Shown one piece after another: positions 12,099 through 22,300 of a stretch of DNA of 52,004 nt (the first letter of the stretch is position 1; each line of letters opens with the position of its first letter). This stretch comes from Vitrella brassicaformis CCMP3155. Taxonomy: Eukaryota > Protista > Chromerida. The stretch is taken from the NCBI GenBank assembly GCA_001179505.1, contig CDMY01000556.1, positions 1 through 52,004 on the forward strand, in the 5' to 3' direction. The notes beneath the pieces are model-generated. The model was not told the origin of the DNA. It saw only the letters and a program-made list of their open reading frames with translations, and ran no database searches. Made by a program: the position numbers and the translations under genes.

Positions 12099-15000
12099 AT
12101 GAAGATCTGGCCACTGCTGAGTGGTTTCGTGTACATAAGCGGGTCTTTCGTCTTGGCTCAGCGTACCAACTACGAGGAGGGCATCCAGGCGTCCCCTGAA
12201 GATGACAATGGTGGATGGGATTACTATCGCCCTGACGGCCTCGGCAACAGCAGGGACAGCGGTGCCGCCAGACGGCCTTATCGAAGGCACGGCAACTCGC
12301 ACTCGTATGATGATCTGCCAGGCCAAGTGCAGCCCGACCTGCCATCCGCCGCTGAAGTATCACGCCGGGTGAGTACGGCATAGCACCGCCGTCACTCGTT
12401 GATCCCGTCTGTGGATGCTGTGTGTTGGTGTGTGTGTGCGTCAGATCTTTGCGTTCTCGCCGCACCACCCGCACCCGTCAGTGTCGGTGCTTTACACGGG
12501 GTGGGGACAGATGATCATGCACGACATCGTGGCCACACAGGAGGGCACCGAGCCAATGCCCATCCCCCTGCCCACTCAGTGGCAATGCAACGTCCCGCCC
12601 TTGCCTATCGTCGCTGGGACCTTCTCATGCCCATCGCCAGAGGCCGAGACCCCCGAGTCCATCCCATTCAACCGCAGCCACTACGAGGTCGGCGACGACA
12701 ATGTGCGTGTCCCCGTGAACACACGGACGGCGTGGCTCGATGGGTCGTCCCTGTACGGCGTGGAGAGGGAGGCAGTTATGGCGCTGCGAGAGGGAAGGGG
12801 AGGCCGGCTCAAGATGGACGACGAGGGCTTCCCACCAAGAGTGCCGGGAGGGGACAAAGGCTGCGAATTGTTCGCCTTTGCGCAAGGGGCCGTCAACCTG
12901 CACCCTGTTCTCACTTCTATCGGCATAGGTGAGAGGGGGAAGACGCTCGATGAACGCGGTGAACGAGACTCATTGAGTATATGCACATGTGTGTTTTTCT
13001 GTCGTCAGTGATGGTGCGGGAGCACAACAGATATGCCAAACTGCTCGAGAGTCGCCACCCCGACTGGGACGACGAGGCGATCTTCCGCGAGGCCAAGGCG
13101 TGGGTCGTTGCCCTCATCCAAAAGATCACCTTCTACTGGGTCAGCCAGCAAGGCCAGCGCGCCCACCGATGTTGGAAGGAATCGATGTCCATGTGTGTTG
13201 GTCCCTGCCTGCCTGTACGCAGTACCTGCCGATCCTGCTGGGGTCACCGCTGCCCTCCTGGCAGGCGCACAACGCCACCATTGACCCGCAGGTTGACGTC
13301 TTCAACGCGGCAACGGCCTTCAGATACGGCCACTTCGCCATCTCTGACACGGTCTTCCTTCTCTCTGCCCACTTCACCACCCACCCACTCGGCCACCAGC
13401 CCCTCCTTGCGACAATCAGACGGCCGTGCGCCATCAGGGAGGCCGGCGTGGAGCCGGTTCTGCGTGGCGCAATGGTTCAGCCGGAGGAGAAAATGGAGGC
13501 TGTCATGGGCCAGTCTGTCCGTCTGGCCTCACCGGCTGATCTGCCCGCTCTCAACATACAAAGAAACCGCGACTGGGGAGGTATGCAAGCCGAGGGACAG
13601 TCGACGGGTGACGCTATTTGACTGACATATTGCCGGTTTCTGTGTCTTTCCTCTGCCCACGAACCAACCAGTCGCGCTTTACAATGACATGCGTGAGGCG
13701 TACGGGCTGCATCGCGTGAGCAGCTTGGAGGAGCTGGTGGGCAGAGACAGGAGTGACCTGCTGGAAGCCTTGGAGGACATGTACGACGGCATTGATGCCG
13801 TGGAGGCGTATGTGGGGGCCATGCTGGGTAGGTTCCACATGCACCAACACATTCACTGCGACGTAGTTCCTTTCTAGATCTCTTTGTCTTCTGCCGCCTG
13901 TGGGTCACTCCCCTTCAGAGCCTCTCGAGCTGGCCAAGTCGTCAGGCTATGACGCCACCACGCCTGTCGTGCCGCCCCTCATCGCCGTGTCCATCCGTGA
14001 CGCCTTCACACGCCTCCGCTCATCGGACCGATTCTGGCATGAGCAGTACCTCCCCTACCTTCGAGACAGCATCCCCTATGAGACTGCCAAGAAGGAGCTG
14101 CCCTGGTTCCCCTTCAGAGATGTCGAGCTCGCCCGCGACCTGGCCACCTACGGGCTCACGGAGCTGCTGCTCAACAACACTCGGCTGTGCTGGGCCCCGC
14201 CGAATCCCTTCCGCATCGAGAGCTTCGCCAACGCCCGGGAGGGTCTGCAGAAGACCATGAAGATGGACACCACGCTTCCCAAGTGGACGCAGTGTGACGA
14301 GGGCGCGATGCCCGAGCCGTTCACGTCGACCAGGCGGCAGTCGCTGACATTCCTGTCGGGACAGTACCAGCTCGAGTGGGAGGTGAGGCCACCCAACATG
14401 GGCGATGGCAGCGCGCCAAATAGGATGGACATCACCATCAGTGGCCGGACCAGCGGCTGGGTTGGCTTGGGCGTCTCGCCCGACGGCCGGATGATCGGCG
14501 CCGACCTGCTCATCGGGTGGATCGATGCCGACACGGCCGCACCCGTCCTCCATCGCTACACAGGCGGTCCCGATCGCTACCCTGTGGCCGTACGAGAGGA
14601 GATGGACATCGACACCCAGACAGTCAGCGGGAGGGAGATGGTGGTGAACGGCGAGAGCTGGACGACACTCTCCTTCAGCCGCCCGCTCCGCTGGCCGTCG
14701 GGCGATGGCAAGGCCATCAAACTGGGCGAGACTACGACGATCCTCGTCGCTTTTGGGCCCGAGGGCGCGAAAGAACTGAGGGTAAGCGCAGTTTGTTACA
14801 CTCACACGCATCCGCGTGTGCATCCTTCATGTGTGGGTGTGTGTGAGCAGTTCCACGGTTCTCGACGGCAGGTGGCCATGGTTGACTTCGCCAGCGGCCG
14901 CAGCACCGTCATGGAGTCGAGCAAATCGGTAAGTGGATGGGCGAGTGGGAAGCCGCGGCGACCATTCCCCCTTCCCCCACGCCCCTCTGTCTGTCTGTGT

Positions 15001-18000
15001 CTGCACGCGTGTGCAGGTGCTCTACGTGCATGGGTTGATTATGTGGTTCCTGGCGAGTATCCTCATTCCCGGCTCCTTCTGCTCGGTCCGCTACTTCAAG
15101 CACCGAGAGGGGTGGCTCAATATGCACGAACGGCTGGCGCTGATGTCCATGTCCAATATGATCGGCATGGCGTTCTCAGCGCTGGGTACGCAGCACAGTA
15201 GCTAATCCCACAGACAGACACACAGACATCCTCCATGTACCTCACGTGTGCACCGCGCCCTTCACGCAGCGTCGACCAACGCCATTCTCGCGACGCCGCA
15301 TTCCATCCTCGGGCTGCTGCTCGTCGGCTGCATCGCGCTGCAAACCATCCTCGGTAAGTCAGCTAAGAGAGACGCCCATATGGGATTCAGAGCGTTTTGA
15401 CTGTGCCTTCCCCTTGGTTGCCTACAGGCATAAGCAACAAATACTGGCACTACAGCGCGTCGAAGCGCATTCTGCCGAGGCATGCCCGAGTGGTGCTGCG
15501 GTTCCTTCATGCCCTGTTGGGCACGACCATCCTGCTGGCATCGCTGGCCAACTCGGTCTTCGGCGCCAAAGCTCTGTTTCCCAACCACCCGGTAAGCCTG
15601 TCACCGTAAGTAAGAAGCAACAGGCAAGAAGCAACAGGCAGCTCACGTGGTCACTGCTGGTGTCTTCTTCTTTCAGATCTGGGTCGTTCAGCTGCTGATT
15701 GTTCTGGCCATCACGTGCATGATCGGTCTGCTCGAGTTCCGACGGAGACTCCCGACGCACTTCTTTGCCTTCGTTGACAGTCTGCCCCCCTACCTCCGCG
15801 TCGGTGTCCTCTCCCCCGTCGAAGCACAGCCACTCGTCCAGCAGCCCACAAAGCAGCCCAAGTGGCATCCACTTCGGATTCTGCAGCGGCTCGGCGGAGG
15901 GGGGCTGAACGTGATAGGGTCAGGGGAGCAGAGCTTCACGCCCGACTGCGTCTGCGAGGCAGTCGAGAACGGCTCCCAGTGGGTAGTCGTGCTGGACGGC
16001 GTTTACGACATCCGCAATTTCGTTGGCAGCCATCCTGGGGGAACGGCACTACTGGAGCGTCACGTGGGTTGCGACATCACTGCCCTCTTCCTGGGTCTAG
16101 TAGTGCCGGGCAGCGCCACCAGTGATCTCCGGAGCACTCCCCGCGCCTCCCCCATCACTATGCCAAGACGACCCAGGTTCGCCACCATCGGCGTCACGGT
16201 CCAGGCTGCCACCTCAGCAGAGAATGCACCGGTCGCCTCGCCGAGCGCACCGCCACATGACAATGGGACGGCCAACACTGGTGGTAGTGGTTGTGCTGCT
16301 GGTGGTGGGCAGCAGGTGGCGCCTTGTGCCATGGCGTCCATCATGGAGATTGGTCGGCGCTTCAGCAACAGCGGCCGCGTGATAAGGCTGGGAAGCCCCA
16401 CGAGGGCGGAGTCGTTCGAGCCAACGGTGGTGGGTCGGCCACACTCCGTCTTCGCCGCCTGTACACTTAGGAAATACCGGTCGGTACCGACGGTCGGCGC
16501 ACACAGCACGGCACAGCAAGGCATCTCACCTGACAAACACACCAAGAGATACATAAAAGTGTGTGTGTGTGTGTGTCTTTTGTTCTCAGGGTGGGCACTC
16601 TCTCTCTACAGGACGGCCGCGGCGAAAGAGAAGGCTCCTTCAACCCCCCTCCCTCCTACTTCCCTCAGAAGGTCATGGGCCCCAACAACGCCCAGCCCGC
16701 CCTCATGGCTTTGCTCAAGCCCCTCCTGCAGGCCTCGCCCACACCAGAGGCCATCCGCGGCCGCACCTCTACCCGAAGCGACATGCGCCAGAGGTAAGTA
16801 ATCGCCACAATTTTCTGTTGTATGATTATTTACTCCTCACCCGGTACCTACCGCTATTTCTCCTGCCAGGACGCTGCTGATGTATGGGATGCTGTTCAAG
16901 CACGTCAGCAACACGCCAGTAGCAAAGGCGGTGGGTGGAGCTGGGTCAGGCTCCTCTATCACCCACTCGTCACTGGTGTCGGTGCCGAGTGAGAAGAGCA
17001 GTAGGGAGGCCACCCCGGGCAAGGGCGGCAATGTGGCGGCGGGGCTCTATCAGCCCTTTATCGTGGTCGAGAACACTCAGCTCAACGCAAGGCGCCCAGG
17101 CGAGAGGCAGCTTGCCATCCACAGGATCACACTGGAGAGTGCCACCACCCTCTCCATCGAACACTACAGGCCAGGTATACCCTACCCGGACATGCACCCA
17201 TCGTGGTCTCCCTATCTTGTCTGTCTGTATGTCTGTCTATGTGTGTTGTGCGCATCTGTACATCTGTCAGGCCTGCACGTGTGCATCCTCGAGGACATCG
17301 CTGGGAGGCGTTTCAAGCGCAGCTACTCAGTCGCGGCTACACCGTCCTCCCATCTGCTGACGTTCCTCGTTAAGTCGTATCCCTCCAACGGGAGGGGCAT
17401 GGCCGAATTCCTGTCGTCGCGAAGACAGGGCGACACTCTGCGGCTCAGGGGCTTCCAAGGCACGAACCTGCTCCACGACGCACCCTCTGTGCCGGGCATG
17501 AGCACGGACACAGAGGAGGATACCGACGACGATGCCATTCTGGCGTTCTCTCCCGCGCGAGACCCCCACTTCGGTGTCTACTGGCCCTTCTGTGCGGTGA
17601 TCTCGGCAGGGACCGGCATGACACCCTTCCTCAACCTCATCCGACACCAGGGGCAGGTTATGGGGCGGCTGGCCAGAGACCCCACCACACGCCAAGCGGC
17701 CCTCTTATCGCAGCTGTCCGTCTTGCACGTCTCCCGGCACAGAGACGAGGCCCTTGCGCTGGGCTGGGACGAGATCCGCTCGATCAAGGCCACAGTGAAC
17801 GGGGCCCTTGCTGACGCGCCGGCGCCGCGTGTGACGGCCAATGTGGTTATCTCGGGAGAGTCGCGGGGACAGAGCGCCATCGAGGCTATATTTAAGCACG
17901 CCGCCAGGCCGGGCAGGGCAGCGCAGCTGCATCGGGGTGGTCTGGACGGTGATAATGACGTGCACGAGACAGCGACGGTCGATCGGCAGCTACTGGAGGC

Positions 18001-18541
18001 TTGCGTGCCGTGGCTGGGGCGGCTGTCCTCACGGCCGAGCACGCCCCACACACCGCCGCTGCAGGAGCTGCCGGAAGAGAGCGTGTTGGTTGCGCAGGAG
18101 GAGAGTCCGAGGGATCCCCCGGCCATGCAGACGCGGCAGTCGCCAAAACACGACAAGTGGCTGCAGAGCACACCCGTGACCGTACTCAAGTCGCTGGTGC
18201 ATCGGGCCAAGGGCGGCGCCTCCCCCACACAACCCACACAAACGGTGAGTCGGGGAGAGAGGGGGCAGTGCCAAGATGGCGATGCATGTAGGCCATCCTG
18301 TCTGTCTGTCTGTCTCTCTGTGCAGGTCAACGGTACTCCAGAGCAAAGCGCCTTCCTGTCAGCCTGGAGCATGGCGGCACCGGCACAACAGGAGCCCTCC
18401 CTCTCAGCCATTCTGGCTCGCGGCCCCTCCCCATCCACCGCCCGCATATTTATATGCGGTCCAGCCTCGTGGGTGCATTCGATGCGGCGGGTGCTCGAGA
18501 GTGAGATGCGGGTGCCGAGGGAATATGTCAAAACCCTCTGA
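12099..18541 (+). CDS. Multidomain oxidoreductase: signal peptide - heme peroxidase (peroxidase-cyclooxygenase fold) - DOMON - cytochrome b561 (+1 TM) - cytochrome b5 - FAD/NAD(P)H-binding reductase
   Basis: 15 exons: 12099-12368, 12445-12928, 13009-13139, 13223-13580, 13672-13827, 13919-14781, 14851-14928, 15017-15185, 15270-15353, 15428-15591, 15677-16479, 16590-16793, 16870-17174, 17271-18244, 18326-18541. All introns are GT-AG and the phases match. Total 5259 nt = 1752 aa + stop. Motifs: WGQMIMHD, TAWLDGSSLYG, REHNR, AFRYGH, DLPALNIQRNRDWG, DRFWHE; GVSPDGRMIGAD/FHG; four b561 His; HPGG...HS; RSYS, AGTGMTP, CGP. Confidence 0.92.
12220..14230 (+). other. Animal-type heme peroxidase-like domain (within 12099-18541 gene)
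   Basis: YRPDGLGNS, WGQMIMHD (12502-12525), Ca-site-like RTAWLDGSSLYG, PVLTSIGIVMVREHNR, WDDEAIFREAK, YLPILLG, FRYGH (His codon 13331), LNIQRNRDWG, RLRSSDRFWHE. Confidence 0.9.
14335..14900 (+). other. DOMON domain with Met/His heme ligands
   Basis: YQLEWEV...GWVGLGVSPDGRMIGADLLIGW (Met codon 14491) ...TTLSFSRPL...ILVAFG...LRFHG (His codon 14854). Confidence 0.88.
15017..15740 (+). other. Cytochrome b561-type transmembrane domain plus a fifth helix
   Basis: VHGLIMW (His 15029), GWLNMHERL (15125), PHSILG (15299), FLHALLG (15508), then a hydrophobic helix IWVVQLLIVLAITCMIGLL. Confidence 0.85.
15940..16600 (+). other. Cytochrome b5-like heme domain with long internal insertion
   Basis: WVVVLDGVYDIRNFVGSHPGG (His 16031)...GCDITALFLG, then a ~115-aa insert, then PHSVFAACTLRKYRVGTL (His 16442). 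Confidence 0.8.
17050..18541 (+). other. FNR/cytochrome-b5-reductase-type FAD- and NAD(P)H-binding domains
   Basis: YRPGLHV, KRSYS (17315-17329), LVKSYP..GRGMAEFL, LRGFQG, ISAGTGMTPFL, IFICGPASW. Confidence 0.87.
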
Positions 18542-19175
18542 GATGGTGGGTGGGTGAGTGGGGGAGTGTGCGTGAGTGAATGAGACCGACGTCATTCACC
18601 CCTTCATGTCGTGTCACTGTGTAGTCAGCGCTTCATTTAGCTAATATGATAGGCCATGCCAGTACGTTATGGCGGCTTGATGGTGTGTATCAGTGGTTTT
18701 TTAGTCTGCTTGTGCAGGCAGTGAAGTTTGTAGAGAGTAGAGGGAAGAGGGATAGAGAGAGAGGCGTCCAGCGTCACGCTTCTGTGCATTCATGTGGCTG
18801 TCTGTCGGTCTGTCTGTCTGTCTGTCTGTCTGGTGTGGCTCGCCAAGAGGGATCGCGTTGCGGTGCGGATGGCTGGCTGTCTGGTGCTGCATGCTTCAGA
18901 CCACTACTCATGCAATCAAGGTCAACACCGTTAGTGCACAGAAACGACCCCCAGAACTGATCGAGGCAAAACCTGCATGCCCTAGCAAGCAAAAGTCCCA
19001 CACTCCCTGACACACAGCAAACCACGTCCTAGGACAAGCCCCATCCTGTCTCCCAGACACACAGTACCCCAACGCAACAGAGCACACAACGCACTCGGAC
19101 ACCAAAAGCCACGCCAAGGTAGCCACAGCGAGAAGAGCAGCAGAGACACTACTTTTTTTAATACATGGACAGCAT

Positions 19176-19376
19176 ATCAGCCAGCTCAAAAGTAGGGCGT
19201 GTCCGCCCGCTTTGTGTTCACTGTTCACTCGTTTAGGTAGGCCATCCCTAATACTTCTCAAGACATGAACAAAGTCGAAAGACCAAAACACCATAAGCAC
19301 ATGACAGCAGCACCAAGCACAGCACAGCACAGCACGGCCCATCAGCCAGCTCAAAAGTAGGGCATGTCGGCCCGCT
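19176..19376. repeat. 36-bp direct repeat (19176-19211 and 19341-19376) duplicating the stop-codon region of the REJ/GPS gene
   Basis: atcagccagctcaaaagtagggc[g/a]tgtc[c/g]gcccgct, 2 mismatches, 165 bp apart. Confidence 0.9.
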
Positions 19377-22300
19377 GTCCGGCATAGTACTCATCATAGC
19401 TGTGCAGCGAAGACCTCTTCTGGTTCCGATACGCCCCTGGAGCCTTGGGAGCCACCTTCAACTCCTCCTTGCGAGGGATTATCATGGGCGATGTCTCGCT
19501 CAGCTCGCTCTCCTCATCGGACATCTCGTCCTCTCCTTCTGCTGCAGGCACCTTGGGCTTGCGCTGGCCGTCGCCGCCGGCGATGTGACTGAGTGTGGGG
19601 TCGCCAATTTCAGGCATGGCGGGGAGTCTCACGCGCACCCGCTCCTCGCCCTTCCTGGCCTCCATTGGCCACGCCTCGCCCTCGGCCATGTCCTGTGAGT
19701 GGGCAAACACACATCAAATGCCGGCAGGGAAGAATGGGCCAGTAACTACCTTGTGTTGCTTACCACTTTGCGGTCGGATGTGCGTCTTCTGATGGTCTTG
19801 ATGTCTGGGTGTGTGAAGGCGATGAGAGCCGGCCAGGCCATAAGTAAGAAGTCGCATATCCACGTCTTCTTGCTTATCAGCAGCACCAGCGACACCCACA
19901 AAGTGCGCGCCGCGGGGGCAGTCAGCACTCTGACCACACAAGCAAGGCCACACCACACAGGCAAGCAGATTTGTTGCTCGAGGCGGTGAGGAGGGCCGGG
20001 GGTCCGGCTGGCTCACCGGTGTGTGAGGCCGAGAATGGCCGTCTGGTTCCACTTGAGCACCAGCGTATCGTCGTACTTCTGCAAATATGCATTGGATACA
20101 TCTGTTGGTCAGTCCTCTGTATCAGTCAATCCTTTGCCTTGCTTACGAGTATGAAGAGCAGGATGAAGTATATGCAGAAGGCATCCCACAGGGACACGAT
20201 CGTGCCTCCAATAATCTCCTTGATGCGCCAGTAATTCAACTGCATTGCATTCAGTGCAGTGAGTCGAGTCAGTCAGGGGGAATATGGGTGAGACATGGAC
20301 ACAGTGAGTGAGATGTGCGTGTGCCGCTGTGTCGGTGTGGTGTTGATATGTACAATGAATGTCCTCTCTGCTGGCGTCGACAGCTCCTCGACAATCCTCT
20401 TGGCGAAACAAAACTGGTTATCACATACACAGAGAGAGACAACACGCAATAGGCCATACATGTGTGCAGTGCCCGAGCCGACCCGCAGAAAGAGGGGAAT
20501 GGGGACAGCCAGCACAATGCTCCACAACGAGCTGAAGAGCACGTGCCATGACGGCACGAAGGGATTGATCAGGGGAAAACACACCTCAGCTGATTGAGAG
20601 GCGTAGACAAGTTGCGCAGATTGATGAAGGTCCTGTGTGTGTGTGTGATGCTCACGTGACGGCTGCGAGACGCACTCCGCGTTGAAGAAGAGTGCAGAGA
20701 AGAAAAGCTCTGTAACAATCGAGCTGAACTCGATGAGGTATCGCTGGGACCTGCAGCGCACAGGGACAAGCTTACCCCGGAAACAAGCCATTCACAGCCC
20801 ATAGCTGACCTCGAGATCAGCGGGTTGTAGGGGAAGATCTTTGGACTGCTCAAATAGAGCCAAGCGAAATGAAAATGCCGTGCATCGTGTAATCCGCGTT
20901 GTGCTTACAATGGGTGCTCTCTGATGGCGACCGTCCATATGAGGCGACTGCTGGGCCACTCGTGATACTGCAGCCTCTTCGCGAGTACCAAATTCTGTGA
21001 TTGTGTCCACAAAGGCCAGAAATCGAGAGGGCTTTAGCCAGATGCATTGCCGCGTACCTGTGTCCGCTTGTTTTGTTTGCTGACGAGTGCGCGGAGGTTG
21101 GTGGCCTCCCACGTGTAGACGATCGTCTGGTTCTGGTAATTTTCAAACCATATGAGCCCGTCATGCAGCTTGCGGCAGCATTCACGAGGGGGCGCTTCCT
21201 CTCGCTCCTTCTCAGCGCCTTTCTTCTGGACTGCTGGCGCCTTTCGATCTGCCACAACAGCCGGCACACTCGCCTCATGGAAGACATCGTCACACACAAT
21301 TGACACGGGGGCCTCCTTCTCCTGTGTCTCCTCCTCCGCCACGCCATTCAGCGTGCTCTGGTGCTGCAGCGCCTCGTGCTCAGCGACTTGGATCGCTTGC
21401 TGGGCCGTCTTGTAGGACGTGGCAATGATGGAGTCGGCTGGCGGTGCTTCAATTCCGGCAGCCCCTGCGCCAACTGAGCTGACGTCGGATCGCATAGACG
21501 GAGATGCGTCCTTGCGCCGGCGGAGGGGAGTCACGAACGCGAGGTCGGCCAGGTTCGACACGAGACGAGACCGCTCGTCGGTTGCGCTGGCGGATTCGGC
21601 GCGCCTCAGTGACGCAATCCTCACAGGACCGAAGAAGCTTTCAGGACCAACTGCTTGCACCGGTCGGCCGAAGAAGTCGTCGAACCCCCCCACTTCAAGC
21701 TGGCCTTTCGTCGCATCGCCGGCCGCGCCATGCTGAATGACTGCCGGGCTCTCGATGTCAGAGAAGACCTGGGACTCGGACCAGACTTGCGACTCGCCAC
21801 CCGGCAGGATCTTGAAGCGGTCTGGATCGGTCCCGAAGGGATCTTTGGGCGTCAGCGCCACCGTCCCAAGGACTGTCGTGGTGCGCGTCAGGATACCTGA
21901 CTGCCGGTCGGCAGTGTCTTCGGCAAAGAGGGAGTCCACGTTGATGCCGCTGTCATCAGGCTCCATACCGAAGGCAACCGAAAGACGTTTCTTTCTGTGC
22001 TGCTTCTTGACGGACAGAGATGCGCGCGAAAGACCTTGGACGTTGCGGGCGAAGGCCTTGCTGACCATGCTATGTGGGAAGAAGAATCGAATGGACGATC
22101 CGTTCGCCAGCACCAGCTTCACTGATGGCAGGGTTGACACGTCAAGCCCGCCATCCTCGCCGCCCATTGTCTCGCCGTCCTGTACTTCCTCTTGCTTGCC
22201 CTCGACGGTCCGGATCTCGATGATGTCAGCAAGGAACACAACGTACACCTGACCAACAGTTTCATATCATACACATCACACCAACAATGTCATGCCATGA

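Noticed and set aside
11495-12474. ORFs spanning the N run
   Set aside because: Artefacts of translating through the assembly gap.
13300-13345. Fatty-acid dioxygenase/cyclooxygenase activity
   Set aside because: The proximal motif is AFRYGH (MPO-like) and lacks the catalytic Tyr of YHWH/YRxH-type dioxygenases.
12099-18541. Calling the fusion DUOX/NOX
   Set aside because: There are no EF-hands. The TM His pattern is b561-type following a DOMON, a b5 domain intervenes, and the reductase has RxYS/GTGxTP of the b5-reductase type rather than NOX HPF(T/S).
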